Shown: one piece after another, positions 23,344-30,214 of the stretch
Numbering within the stretch: the stretch's first letter is position 1
Layout of the letters: every line of letters begins with the position of its first letter
IMG/VR virus record: IMGVR_UViG_3300016484_000158
Span: 1-30,214 of that record
From: a virus
Taxonomy: Duplodnaviria; Caudoviricetes
Reading direction: 5' to 3' (one strand)
DNA length: 30,214 nucleotides
Notes under the pieces: generated by a model
Databases searched by the model: none
Told to the model about the DNA's origin: nothing
What the model saw: the letters and a program-made list of their open reading frames with translations, nothing else
Made by a program: the position numbers and the translations under genes

Positions 23344-23510
23344 AAGTAGAACTAATTCAAAAGACGACGTTGACAGATATGTACTACGTTATCAAAGTCA
23401 ATGGTGAGTTTCATATGTCGTACAATGATTTGCAAGATGCAAAGAACGCATACGACCGCATACGTTCAGCAACACCACGCGAAGAAGTAATCGAATCAAA
23501 AGAAATCTAA
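23340..23510 (+). CDS. 56-aa hypothetical protein (missed by ORF track)
   Basis: MKVELIQKTTLTDMYYVIKVNGEFHMSYNDLQDAKNAYDRIRSATPREEVIESKEI; ATGA-coupled. Confidence 0.7.
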   Translation: MKVELIQKTTLTDMYYVIKVNGEFHMSYNDLQDAKNAYDRIRSATPREEVIESKEI

Positions 23511-23525
23511 AACCCCTAAATCAAT

Positions 23526-23753
23526 ATGAACAATGAAAAACATCTTTACAAAACTCCGCTATTATTCGAGCAAGACTACAATGAACTCCGTGAAGCAATT
23601 ATTATCGCACAAAATTATTGGGGTGATAAGAGAAATGGAACATTGGATTGGGATTCGTATGTTGCCTTTAGAATTGACAAACTTGAACGAGTACTCCACA
23701 ACATTGAGTCAACGTCTTTCAAAGAACTACCAGAGCCAAACGAAGAAATCTAA
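23526..23753 (+). CDS. Hypothetical protein
   Basis: ATG with leader CCTAAATCAAT. Confidence 0.65.
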   Translation: MNNEKHLYKTPLLFEQDYNELREAIIIAQNYWGDKRNGTLDWDSYVAFRIDKLERVLHNIESTSFKELPEPNEEI

Positions 23754-23902
23754 CTTTATTTGCGTTTATTCTTCAGCTAACGCGTACAACCTAACGCACA
23801 ACGAGATAAGCGCGAACATTGAAAAATGTCAAAAACTTTCAGAAGCGCGTTGGAACGACAACTTAATCGAGTATATTTGCAACAACTAAAATCAAAATCA
23901 TT

Positions 23903-24193
23903 ATGTATTGTCCTAAAATCACTTATTGTTTTTCAGCTTCTGACTTGAAAGAAATAAACGAACAAATCAAACTAATCGCAACGAACTACGAAGAAACCGA
24001 AGGCGGTTGGTTCAACACCTCTGAAAGCGACAACGTAAAGTTTATAGACGGCGCTGGAAAGTCTTTTGTTCTTTGCGTACGCGGTCAGTTCTTTAGAAAG
24101 AACGAAGGCGAATACGACCTTGAACACGTTATGTTAATGTCAGACGGAATAACGTTGCATTTTGAAACCCGTTTATTCGACGAAAAATTGTAA
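23903..24193 (+). CDS. Hypothetical protein
   Basis: ATG with leader CTAAAATCAAAATCATT. Confidence 0.7.
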   Translation: MYCPKITYCFSASDLKEINEQIKLIATNYEETEGGWFNTSESDNVKFIDGAGKSFVLCVRGQFFRKNEGEYDLEHVMLMSDGITLHFETRLFDEKL

Positions 24194-24993
24194 TGGGTTA
24201 CTACAAGCGCCTATCAGAACAGGAACAAATGAGCGAGAGCAACTGGCGACATATCGAAGCCGACCAAGAACTCGCAGTTAAGTTCGAACAATATCTAAAT
24301 TCATTTAATAATAACAACATAATAAACAACAACACAATGAGCATTATTGCACAACCCTCAAACAACAACGGAGCAGGACAAACAGTCCCTGCAGGAACAC
24401 ACGTAGCGCGTTGCTACCAAATCATTCACATTGGAACAATCGTTGACACCTATCAAGGCGAAGAAAAGCTTGTAAACAAAGTTCGCATCGTGTTCGAACT
24501 ACCACTTGAAACAGCCGACTTCGGTAAAGGTGAACAGCCTTTCTCAATCGGTCGCGACTTCACTTTATCAATGCACGAAAAGAGCGGTTTACGCGCCTTC
24601 GTTCAAGGGTGGTTAGGTAAGGCTATGTCAGACGGAGAAGCTAACAAGTTCGATATCGCAACGCTTTTAGGAAAGGAATGTATGCTTAACGTAATGCACC
24701 GCACAGCGAACACAGGTCGCACCTACGCAGACATCAAAGGCGCTTCGCCACTTGTTAAGGGAATGTCTTGCCCACCGTTAGTTAACAGCGCTTTCTTACT
24801 TGACTACGACAGCGAAGACTTCGACTTACGTTTTAAGATGCTTCCAGAGTGGTTGCAAAACAAGGTGAGTTCATCGGCTGAATTTAGCAAACGTTTGGAG
24901 CGCTCTGCGGAGCAATTCAATAACGCTAAACAGATGCTCGAAAAAAGCGGTTTGGTTCAGTCAACAGACGACACAGACGAATTACCTTTCTAA
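24193..24993 (+). CDS. Phage ssDNA-binding/replication protein (likely internal start at 24337)
   Basis: VPAGTHVARCY..I.IGT, SMHEKS.LR...W.G and LLGKECMLNV motifs, plus an acidic DDTDELPF tail. Confidence 0.7.
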   Translation: MGYYKRLSEQEQMSESNWRHIEADQELAVKFEQYLNSFNNNNIINNNTMSIIAQPSNNNGAGQTVPAGTHVARCYQIIHIGTIVDTYQGEEKLVNKVRIVFELPLETADFGKGEQPFSIGRDFTLSMHEKSGLRAFVQGWLGKAMSDGEANKFDIATLLGKECMLNVMHRTANTGRTYADIKGASPLVKGMSCPPLVNSAFLLDYDSEDFDLRFKMLPEWLQNKVSSSAEFSKRLERSAEQFNNAKQMLEKSGLVQSTDDTDELPF

Positions 24994-25007
24994 ATAATAA
25001 CGTGTTT

Positions 25008-25043
25008 TATAAGGGACGAAAAGTCAGTATTTAGTCCCTTATA
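25008..25043. other. 10-bp stem-loop after the SSB-like gene
   Basis: TATAAGGGAC-N16-GTCCCTTATA. Confidence 0.6.
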
Positions 25044-25071
25044 TTACACTTAACGACTTAAATCTAAAACA

Positions 25072-25365
25072 ATGAAGAAACTAATTTCACTTGAAAGACG
25101 CGTTGAGAATCTATTAAAAAAATACAAGACGCTCCGCAACAATAACAAAGCACTTTGTGTTCGCGTTTGGGAACAACAGTTCGACGAACGTAAAGACATC
25201 ACAAGCAACTTCTTCGCGATGTACGAAAGCGGAAAGTATGTCAGCGCTGATAATATCACACGCATAGCACGACTTGTTAAGGAACGCAACCCAGAACTAC
25301 GCGGAACGAATTACGCTGACAATAAGAAGAAAGCGCAACTAATCAAACCACTATTAAAAAAATGA
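25072..25365 (+). CDS. Hypothetical protein (LRNNNKAL...ITRIARLV...PELRG type)
   Basis: Basic ORF coupled to its neighbours. Confidence 0.7.
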   Translation: MKKLISLERRVENLLKKYKTLRNNNKALCVRVWEQQFDERKDITSNFFAMYESGKYVSADNITRIARLVKERNPELRGTNYADNKKKAQLIKPLLKK

Positions 25366-25601
25366 ACAAACAAATCTATTCAACTCCATTCGGTCGCCTT
25401 GTGAAGTCTAACTTTAAGACGCTCAATAACTTTAAGAACGTCTTGCGAATTAGCGACCCGACGGCACGTCTTTACGTCGCACACCCAGAGCGAATGAGAA
25501 TTAAAGACTTTAACAACATTTGCCTTCACACAGGTCTTTCACGCGAAGAAGTATTTAGCACCTTTACACCAACCAAACTAATCAACGAAGAAAATGACTA
25601 A
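25362..25601 (+). CDS. Putative HTH DNA-binding protein
   Basis: TLNNFKNVLRISDPTARLY..HPE fits an HTH pattern. Confidence 0.55.
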   Translation: MNKQIYSTPFGRLVKSNFKTLNNFKNVLRISDPTARLYVAHPERMRIKDFNNICLHTGLSREEVFSTFTPTKLINEEND

Positions 25602-26127
25602 CGAACAGATAAGACAAGAGATAGCTGAAATGATACCTCTTAGATATATGGAAAGATTCGAACTACTTTGGACAATGATTATTCCCAAGTACGAAAGATT
25701 GACAGCCGACCAAATTAAACAACAGCAAGAAATGGAGAACGAAAGAGAAATGTTCTGGAGCGCACTTGAAGATGTAACGTGTTCGGTGTTAGGTGTTCCT
25801 TCACAAGCTTTATATTCAACGACAAGAAAGCGAGACATAGTAACAGCAAGACAAATAATTTTCTTTCTTGTGCGCCCTTGCTATTTGCTTTCACTTCAAA
25901 ACGTAGGAGACCGCTACAAGAAAGACCACGCTACAATCCTGCACGGAATTAATCAAGCAAGTGCACAGGTTGAGTGGGATAGACAATATAGAGCCAACGT
26001 TGAACGCATTTGTTATCTATTAAATGAGATAGGTTATGCTAAACCAATGGTATTTTTTAATAAATTTGTCGAACATATCGAATACAAGAAAGAGATAGCA
26101 CTTAAAAAGAAATCTAAAATCAAATAA
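25594..26127 (+). CDS. Protein with DnaA C-terminal (domain IV) DNA-binding domain
   Basis: S.TRKRDIVTARQI..FL...SLQNVG..Y.KDHATILHG matches the DnaA signature. Confidence 0.85.
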   Translation: MTNEQIRQEIAEMIPLRYMERFELLWTMIIPKYERLTADQIKQQQEMENEREMFWSALEDVTCSVLGVPSQALYSTTRKRDIVTARQIIFFLVRPCYLLSLQNVGDRYKKDHATILHGINQASAQVEWDRQYRANVERICYLLNEIGYAKPMVFFNKFVEHIEYKKEIALKKKSKIK

Positions 26128-26138
26128 ATCAAACAACT

Positions 26139-26342
26139 ATGAAAAGCGAACTTACATTCTGTCCGAACTGCGACAAACAACTTTTAGGCGAACGCGTTGA
26201 CTTCGTCTTGCAAGACCAACAACTTGAAGACTGGGATTCGGCTTATGAACTAATCGATTCAGAAGGTGAAATAAATCTTTGTTCCGACTGCTACGAATGG
26301 GACAGCGCAGACGACGACGCCAAAGGTGAGGGTTGGGACTAA
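26139..26342 (+). CDS. Small acidic Zn-finger protein
   Basis: CPNC...CSDC. Confidence 0.7.
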   Translation: MKSELTFCPNCDKQLLGERVDFVLQDQQLEDWDSAYELIDSEGEINLCSDCYEWDSADDDAKGEGWD

Positions 26343-26357
26343 CTAAAAAATAATAAG

Positions 26358-26792
26358 ATGCTTATATTACAACTCAAAAGACGAATCGAGATTCTTGAAG
26401 CAAAAGTTCAAGAACAAGAACAAAAGATAAACGAGATACTTAACAAGTTGTCCGAAAGGACAACAAGTCCTTCCCTCGTTCCTGCTGAAAAGAAGAAAGC
26501 ATTTCAGAAGCCAACAGTCGTTGAAATATACGACTACGCTTGTGAACGATTAAACAACGAAGACGCGCTTAAATTTACCGAGAAATTTCATGCACACTAC
26601 GAAGCGAATGGTTGGAAGGTTGGACGCAATGCAATGAAAGACTGGAAGGCTGCGGTTCGTAAGTGGGACTTGAGTACCTTTGACACTTCAAAACAAAACC
26701 TACAAAATCAAACTAAAATTAAGAATGGAAAATTCGATTCAGACGCTGCGCAACGCATCTATGCAGACGCTCACAACTACACAAAGGATTGA
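26358..26792 (+). CDS. Replication-initiator C-terminal-domain protein
   Basis: FQKPTVVEI..Y...F..HYEANGWKVGRNAMKDWKAAVRKW, with an N-terminal coiled coil. Confidence 0.7.
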   Translation: MLILQLKRRIEILEAKVQEQEQKINEILNKLSERTTSPSLVPAEKKKAFQKPTVVEIYDYACERLNNEDALKFTEKFHAHYEANGWKVGRNAMKDWKAAVRKWDLSTFDTSKQNLQNQTKIKNGKFDSDAAQRIYADAHNYTKD

Positions 26793-27480
26793 TCGTGCAG
26801 AACGCGAAAGCGCGTTTGTTGCCGATTACGACCTACCGACATTCGTAAAGTTATGCTCAAAGGTTTGCGCTATGTATGGCATAGCGTTACCAGAGGCGCA
26901 GTTACTTCAAATGCTTCACGAATTTATAGTGAAACACTTTCGTTGGGTTACGTTTGAACACTTCAACCTTGCGTTCGAAATGAACGCAGCGAATGAGTTA
27001 GACAAAAAGTGTGAACACTACGGAGCGTTGAGCGTGTCGTTTATAGGCGACGTGTTTACGGCTTACAAACCGCACCGAGACAAAATCAATTTACAAATTC
27101 AAAGAGAGATAGCTGAAGCAATAGAGCAGAAAGCGAAAGAAATAAAGGAAAATGAAATGGCAGTAAACGACGACAGCTGGCGCAAGATGCTCAAGGAAGA
27201 CATTGAGAGTTATAAAGAAGGTAAATTCATTACGTTAGAACTTCGCGGTGTATCAATGATGCGGTGGTTGGAAGAGGCGAAGTACATTGACGCTTCCACG
27301 TTCACGGACGACGAATACAAGACCTGCAAAGCGAAGGCGCGTTTCGTTGTCTTCCAAGAACAGCAACTTTCAAAAGGTATTGTTGAACGAATGAGCGACC
27401 GCAAACGTCAGCTATTGAAAGAATCGTTGCACTTTGAAGGAATGAGACAACTGTATAAACTTTATTTGAGTAAGCAATGA
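26725..27480 (+). CDS. Putative replication accessory / helicase-loader-like protein
   Basis: Follows the initiator-like gene; F.LAFEM....ELD....HYG.LS..FIGDV..AY. Likely start MENSIQ at 26725. Confidence 0.5.
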   Translation: MENSIQTLRNASMQTLTTTQRIDRAERESAFVADYDLPTFVKLCSKVCAMYGIALPEAQLLQMLHEFIVKHFRWVTFEHFNLAFEMNAANELDKKCEHYGALSVSFIGDVFTAYKPHRDKINLQIQREIAEAIEQKAKEIKENEMAVNDDSWRKMLKEDIESYKEGKFITLELRGVSMMRWLEEAKYIDASTFTDDEYKTCKAKARFVVFQEQQLSKGIVERMSDRKRQLLKESLHFEGMRQLYKLYLSKQ

Positions 27481-28457
27481 ATGAAATTGATTTATTTGGA
27501 AATACTAAAGAAGATATTATAAATGATTACTTTTTATATTGGAAAAAAAAGGGTTATCCAAATTACAAATCTGAAAATTATAATAAGAAAAAAGAACTTG
27601 ATGCATTAATATGTTTTAATGAAAATACTATTTTTAAAAATAAAATACTAAAACAAACTATGCATAGCTGCGGTTTTTTATGGACATATTTTCCGCATTG
27701 GATAGACGTAAAATATAATAATCAAAAAACTATTAGAGAACTTTGGGAAGATGATAAAAAACTTAAAGAGTTAATAGAAAAAACTTATGAATATGAAAAA
27801 AAATTTGGGAATGGTTTTATATCAGAAAATAGACTAAGACAAAATTCAAAAGTATATTTAAGTAAACAAAGTGTAAGTAATTTTAGACCAACTGTTTCAA
27901 AATTTATTTATAATAATTTTGGAAATAATGGTGTTGTTTGGGATATGTCTTGCGGGTGGGGTGGTCGTTTATTTGGGTTTTTATCATCAAATTGCAAAAC
28001 TTATATTGGAACAGAACCTTGTGTAAAAACATTTAAAGGGTTAACCAATTTAAAAAATGATTTTAATATAAAAGAAGTTTTTTTGTATAATAAAGGAAGT
28101 GAAGACTATAATCCAAAAGAAAATTCATTAGATTTATGTTTTACATCACCTCCTTATTTTGATACTGAAAAATATAGTGAAGAGGAGACACAATCTTATA
28201 TAAAATTTAATACAAAAAACACTTGGTTAAGTAATTTTTATGAAAAAACAATTTATAATTGTTATATAGGTTTAAAAAAAGGTGGTTATATGATTATCAA
28301 TATATCAAATACACCAAAACATAAATGGCTTGAAGAAGAAACAATAAAAATATCTAATCAAATTGGTTTTATTTTAACAGATATTTTTAAGTTAGAATTA
28401 TCTTCTATTAGCGGTAAAGGTAAAAAATATGAACCTATTTTTATTTTTCAAAAATGA
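27477..28457 (+). CDS. DNA amino-methyltransferase (N4-C/N6-A), AT-rich insertion
   Basis: SAM-binding DMSCGWGGRL, catalytic FTSPPY and SNFRP motifs. Confidence 0.85.
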   Translation: MNEIDLFGNTKEDIINDYFLYWKKKGYPNYKSENYNKKKELDALICFNENTIFKNKILKQTMHSCGFLWTYFPHWIDVKYNNQKTIRELWEDDKKLKELIEKTYEYEKKFGNGFISENRLRQNSKVYLSKQSVSNFRPTVSKFIYNNFGNNGVVWDMSCGWGGRLFGFLSSNCKTYIGTEPCVKTFKGLTNLKNDFNIKEVFLYNKGSEDYNPKENSLDLCFTSPPYFDTEKYSEEETQSYIKFNTKNTWLSNFYEKTIYNCYIGLKKGGYMIINISNTPKHKWLEEETIKISNQIGFILTDIFKLELSSISGKGKKYEPIFIFQK

Positions 28458-29761
28458 CACCATACAAACCCGAATACCTACCGCGTCAGATTGAAGCACT
28501 TAACTACCTTGCTACTGATAGCGAAGTTGAACAAATACTTTACGGTGGCGCTGCTGGTGGTGGGAAAACGAAGTTCGGTTGTATGTGGCAAATACAACGA
28601 CGTCTAAAGTACGCAGGAACGCGTTCGTTAATTGGTCGAAGTAAGTTAGACACGCTTAAAAAGACAACGTTAAATACATTCTTTGAGACGGCGAAAGAGT
28701 TCGGTCTTGTGGCTGATAAACATTACGTCTACAATGGACAGACTAACGTGATTAAGTTCTTCAACGGAAGCGAAATTGTACTCAAAGACCTGTTCGCTTA
28801 CCCTTCAAATCCCAACTGGGACAGTTTGGGCAGCTTAGAAATCACAGACTACTTCATTGACGAGGTATCCGAAGTAACAGAAAAGGCGGTCAACATTGTT
28901 CACTCACGTTGCCGTTATAAGTTGAATGAGTTCGGTCTTATTCCAAAAGGATTCTTGTCCTGCAACCCTTCAAAAGGTTGGTTGTATAATGAGTTCTATG
29001 TAAAGAATAACAGGAACGAACTACCGAAACACCGCGCTTTTGTACAAGCGTTACCACAAGATAACCCATTCCTTCCTGTTGCTTATATTGAATCGTTGCG
29101 TCGCCTTCCAGAATACGACCGCAAACGTCTGCTCGAAGGCAATTGGGAGTTCGACGACGACAGCAATAAACTATTCTCAACGGATAACTTGCTTCGAATG
29201 TTCCGCAACGAACTACTTGAAGGAAAGAAATACATCACAGCCGACATAGCGCGTTTCGGAAAAGATAGAACGATTATCTGCGTTTGGAATGGGTTAACGC
29301 TTATTGAACTAATTGAACTCAATCGTGCAGCGTTGGACGAAATCGTGAACAAGATTCGTTTGATATGTCAGCAACATTCGATTCTATTGCAAGACGTAGT
29401 GTGCGACGAAGACGGAGTAGGTGGTGGTGTGGTTGACTTCTTGAAGTGTCGAGGGTTCGTCAATGGATCTAAACCAAAACAACCGCAATATCAAAATCTC
29501 AAAAGCGAATGTTATTATAAATTGGCTCAATATGTAGAGGAGAATCGGCTCACTATTTTAGTCAATGGAAAGAAGGAGCAAATCGTTCGTGAATTAGAAA
29601 TGATAAAGCGCCACCGCGCAGACGTGGAAGGAAAGTTAATGGTCACACCGAAGGACGTTATTAAGAACCGCGAAGGTATTTCTCCAGACGTTGCCGACGC
29701 TATCATGATGAGAATGTATTTCGAACTCAATCCTTCTTATGGACAGTATGTTGTCGGGTAA
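28454..29761 (+). CDS. terL: Terminase large subunit
   Basis: Walker A YGGAAGGGKT, Walker B FIDE, coupling motif SCNP, and nuclease ADIARFGKD...PDVADA. Confidence 0.95.
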   Translation: MTPYKPEYLPRQIEALNYLATDSEVEQILYGGAAGGGKTKFGCMWQIQRRLKYAGTRSLIGRSKLDTLKKTTLNTFFETAKEFGLVADKHYVYNGQTNVIKFFNGSEIVLKDLFAYPSNPNWDSLGSLEITDYFIDEVSEVTEKAVNIVHSRCRYKLNEFGLIPKGFLSCNPSKGWLYNEFYVKNNRNELPKHRAFVQALPQDNPFLPVAYIESLRRLPEYDRKRLLEGNWEFDDDSNKLFSTDNLLRMFRNELLEGKKYITADIARFGKDRTIICVWNGLTLIELIELNRAALDEIVNKIRLICQQHSILLQDVVCDEDGVGGGVVDFLKCRGFVNGSKPKQPQYQNLKSECYYKLAQYVEENRLTILVNGKKEQIVRELEMIKRHRADVEGKLMVTPKDVIKNREGISPDVADAIMMRMYFELNPSYGQYVVG

Positions 29762-29780
29762 TTATTTTAGCATATATTTA
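29751..29780 (+). promoter_or_regulatory. sigma70-type promoter for the last two ORFs
   Basis: TTG-N19-TATATTTA; shares TTTAGCATATATTT with the early promoter. Confidence 0.6.
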
Positions 29781-29784
29781 GCGA

Positions 29785-30009
29785 ATGAAACAAACACCAC
29801 TATATGAATCGCTCAAAATGACTTATGAGCGCGAACGCGAAATTGTCAATTCAATAGCGACATACTTCCAACAAGCCAAGCCAGTAGGCGACATTCTCCT
29901 TGAACTTTCGCAAAGGAAAGATATGAACGCGAAAGAGAAAGTTTATCTTGCGCTTATGATAGGAACAATGATGGTTAAAAACGAAAGCAATGGCAGAGAG
30001 CAAGACTAA
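29785..30009 (+). CDS. Hypothetical protein
   Basis: ORF begins 4 nt after the -7 box. Confidence 0.65.
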   Translation: MKQTPLYESLKMTYEREREIVNSIATYFQQAKPVGDILLELSQRKDMNAKEKVYLALMIGTMMVKNESNGREQD

Positions 30010-30175
30010 AAAAGGAATCTGTGTGTACTTACACAAAGACCTGTGGAACGAGATTGACGAAAAGAGAGGCGAAAACAGCCGCAACACTTTCTTGAGTGAG
30101 GCAATAAAGTTCTCGCTCAAGTTCTATGTCGACGAATCTAAAATAAAACACTCAGAAGAAACGTCGACAAAATAG
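29990..30175 (+). CDS. Ribbon-helix-helix DNA-binding protein
   Basis: KGICVYLHKDLWNEIDEKRGENSRNTFLSEAI has the RHH pattern. Confidence 0.7.
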   Translation: MAESKTKKGICVYLHKDLWNEIDEKRGENSRNTFLSEAIKFSLKFYVDESKIKHSEETSTK

Positions 30176-30197
30176 CGACGGACGAAGCAACAGCGCT

Positions 30198-30214
30198 TTT
30201 TTTGTTTGTCTAAC
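30198..30214. repeat. Terminal overlap, identical to 1-17
   Basis: Exact 17-nt match. Confidence 0.9.

Noticed and set aside
23533-23889. 118-aa ORF overlapping 23526-23753
   Set aside because: The 5' part lies in an alternate frame of a better-supported gene. A shorter gene may fill 23754-23889, but I cannot assign a start.
30196-30203. A AAA AAG -1 frameshift in the origin-spanning gene
   Set aside because: The -1 frame gives a short unconvincing peptide, and the hydrophobic tail is in the other frame. An assembly-end artefact is more likely.
1-30214. Stop-codon reassignment, tRNAs, integrase/attP
   Set aside because: Genes are full length under the standard code, with TAA, TAG and TGA all used as stops. 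No cloverleaf or recombinase motifs were seen by eye.
1-30214. Apparent scarcity of GGCC/CCGG sites (restriction avoidance)
   Set aside because: This is an impression only and needs a k-mer observed/expected computation that I cannot run.

Overview
This window looks like a complete, circularly assembled ~30.2 kb tailed phage genome (17-nt end overlap), probably a siphovirus. The host is likely Bacteroidota, based on TTG-N19/20-TAnnTTTG promoters and A-rich starts without Shine-Dalgarno sites. The minus-strand late region (about 20418 to 1) runs small terminase, frameshifted tail chaperone, terminator-fibre fusion, tail proteins, tape measure, prohead protease, scaffold, capsid, tail tube, portal, adaptor and lysis genes. 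A plus-strand early/middle region (22610-30175) carries small ORFs, an SSB-like protein, a DnaA-domain-IV protein, replication-initiator-like ORFs, an AT-rich DNA methyltransferase and the large terminase. A sigma-factor/VRR-NUC cluster lies between the two. I see no integrase, polymerase, tRNA or CRISPR array. The most unusual signals are RNA-level. (1) A ~75-nt promoter-plus-terminator sRNA sits antisense in the head operon and is built of blocks complementary to several of the phage's own translation-initiation regions. (2) Two covarying hairpins each have a loop complementary to a site 200-300 nt downstream. (3) A ~430-nt structured non-coding RNA has a 5' pseudoknot or switch. All protein family calls come from motif recognition by eye, not database searches.
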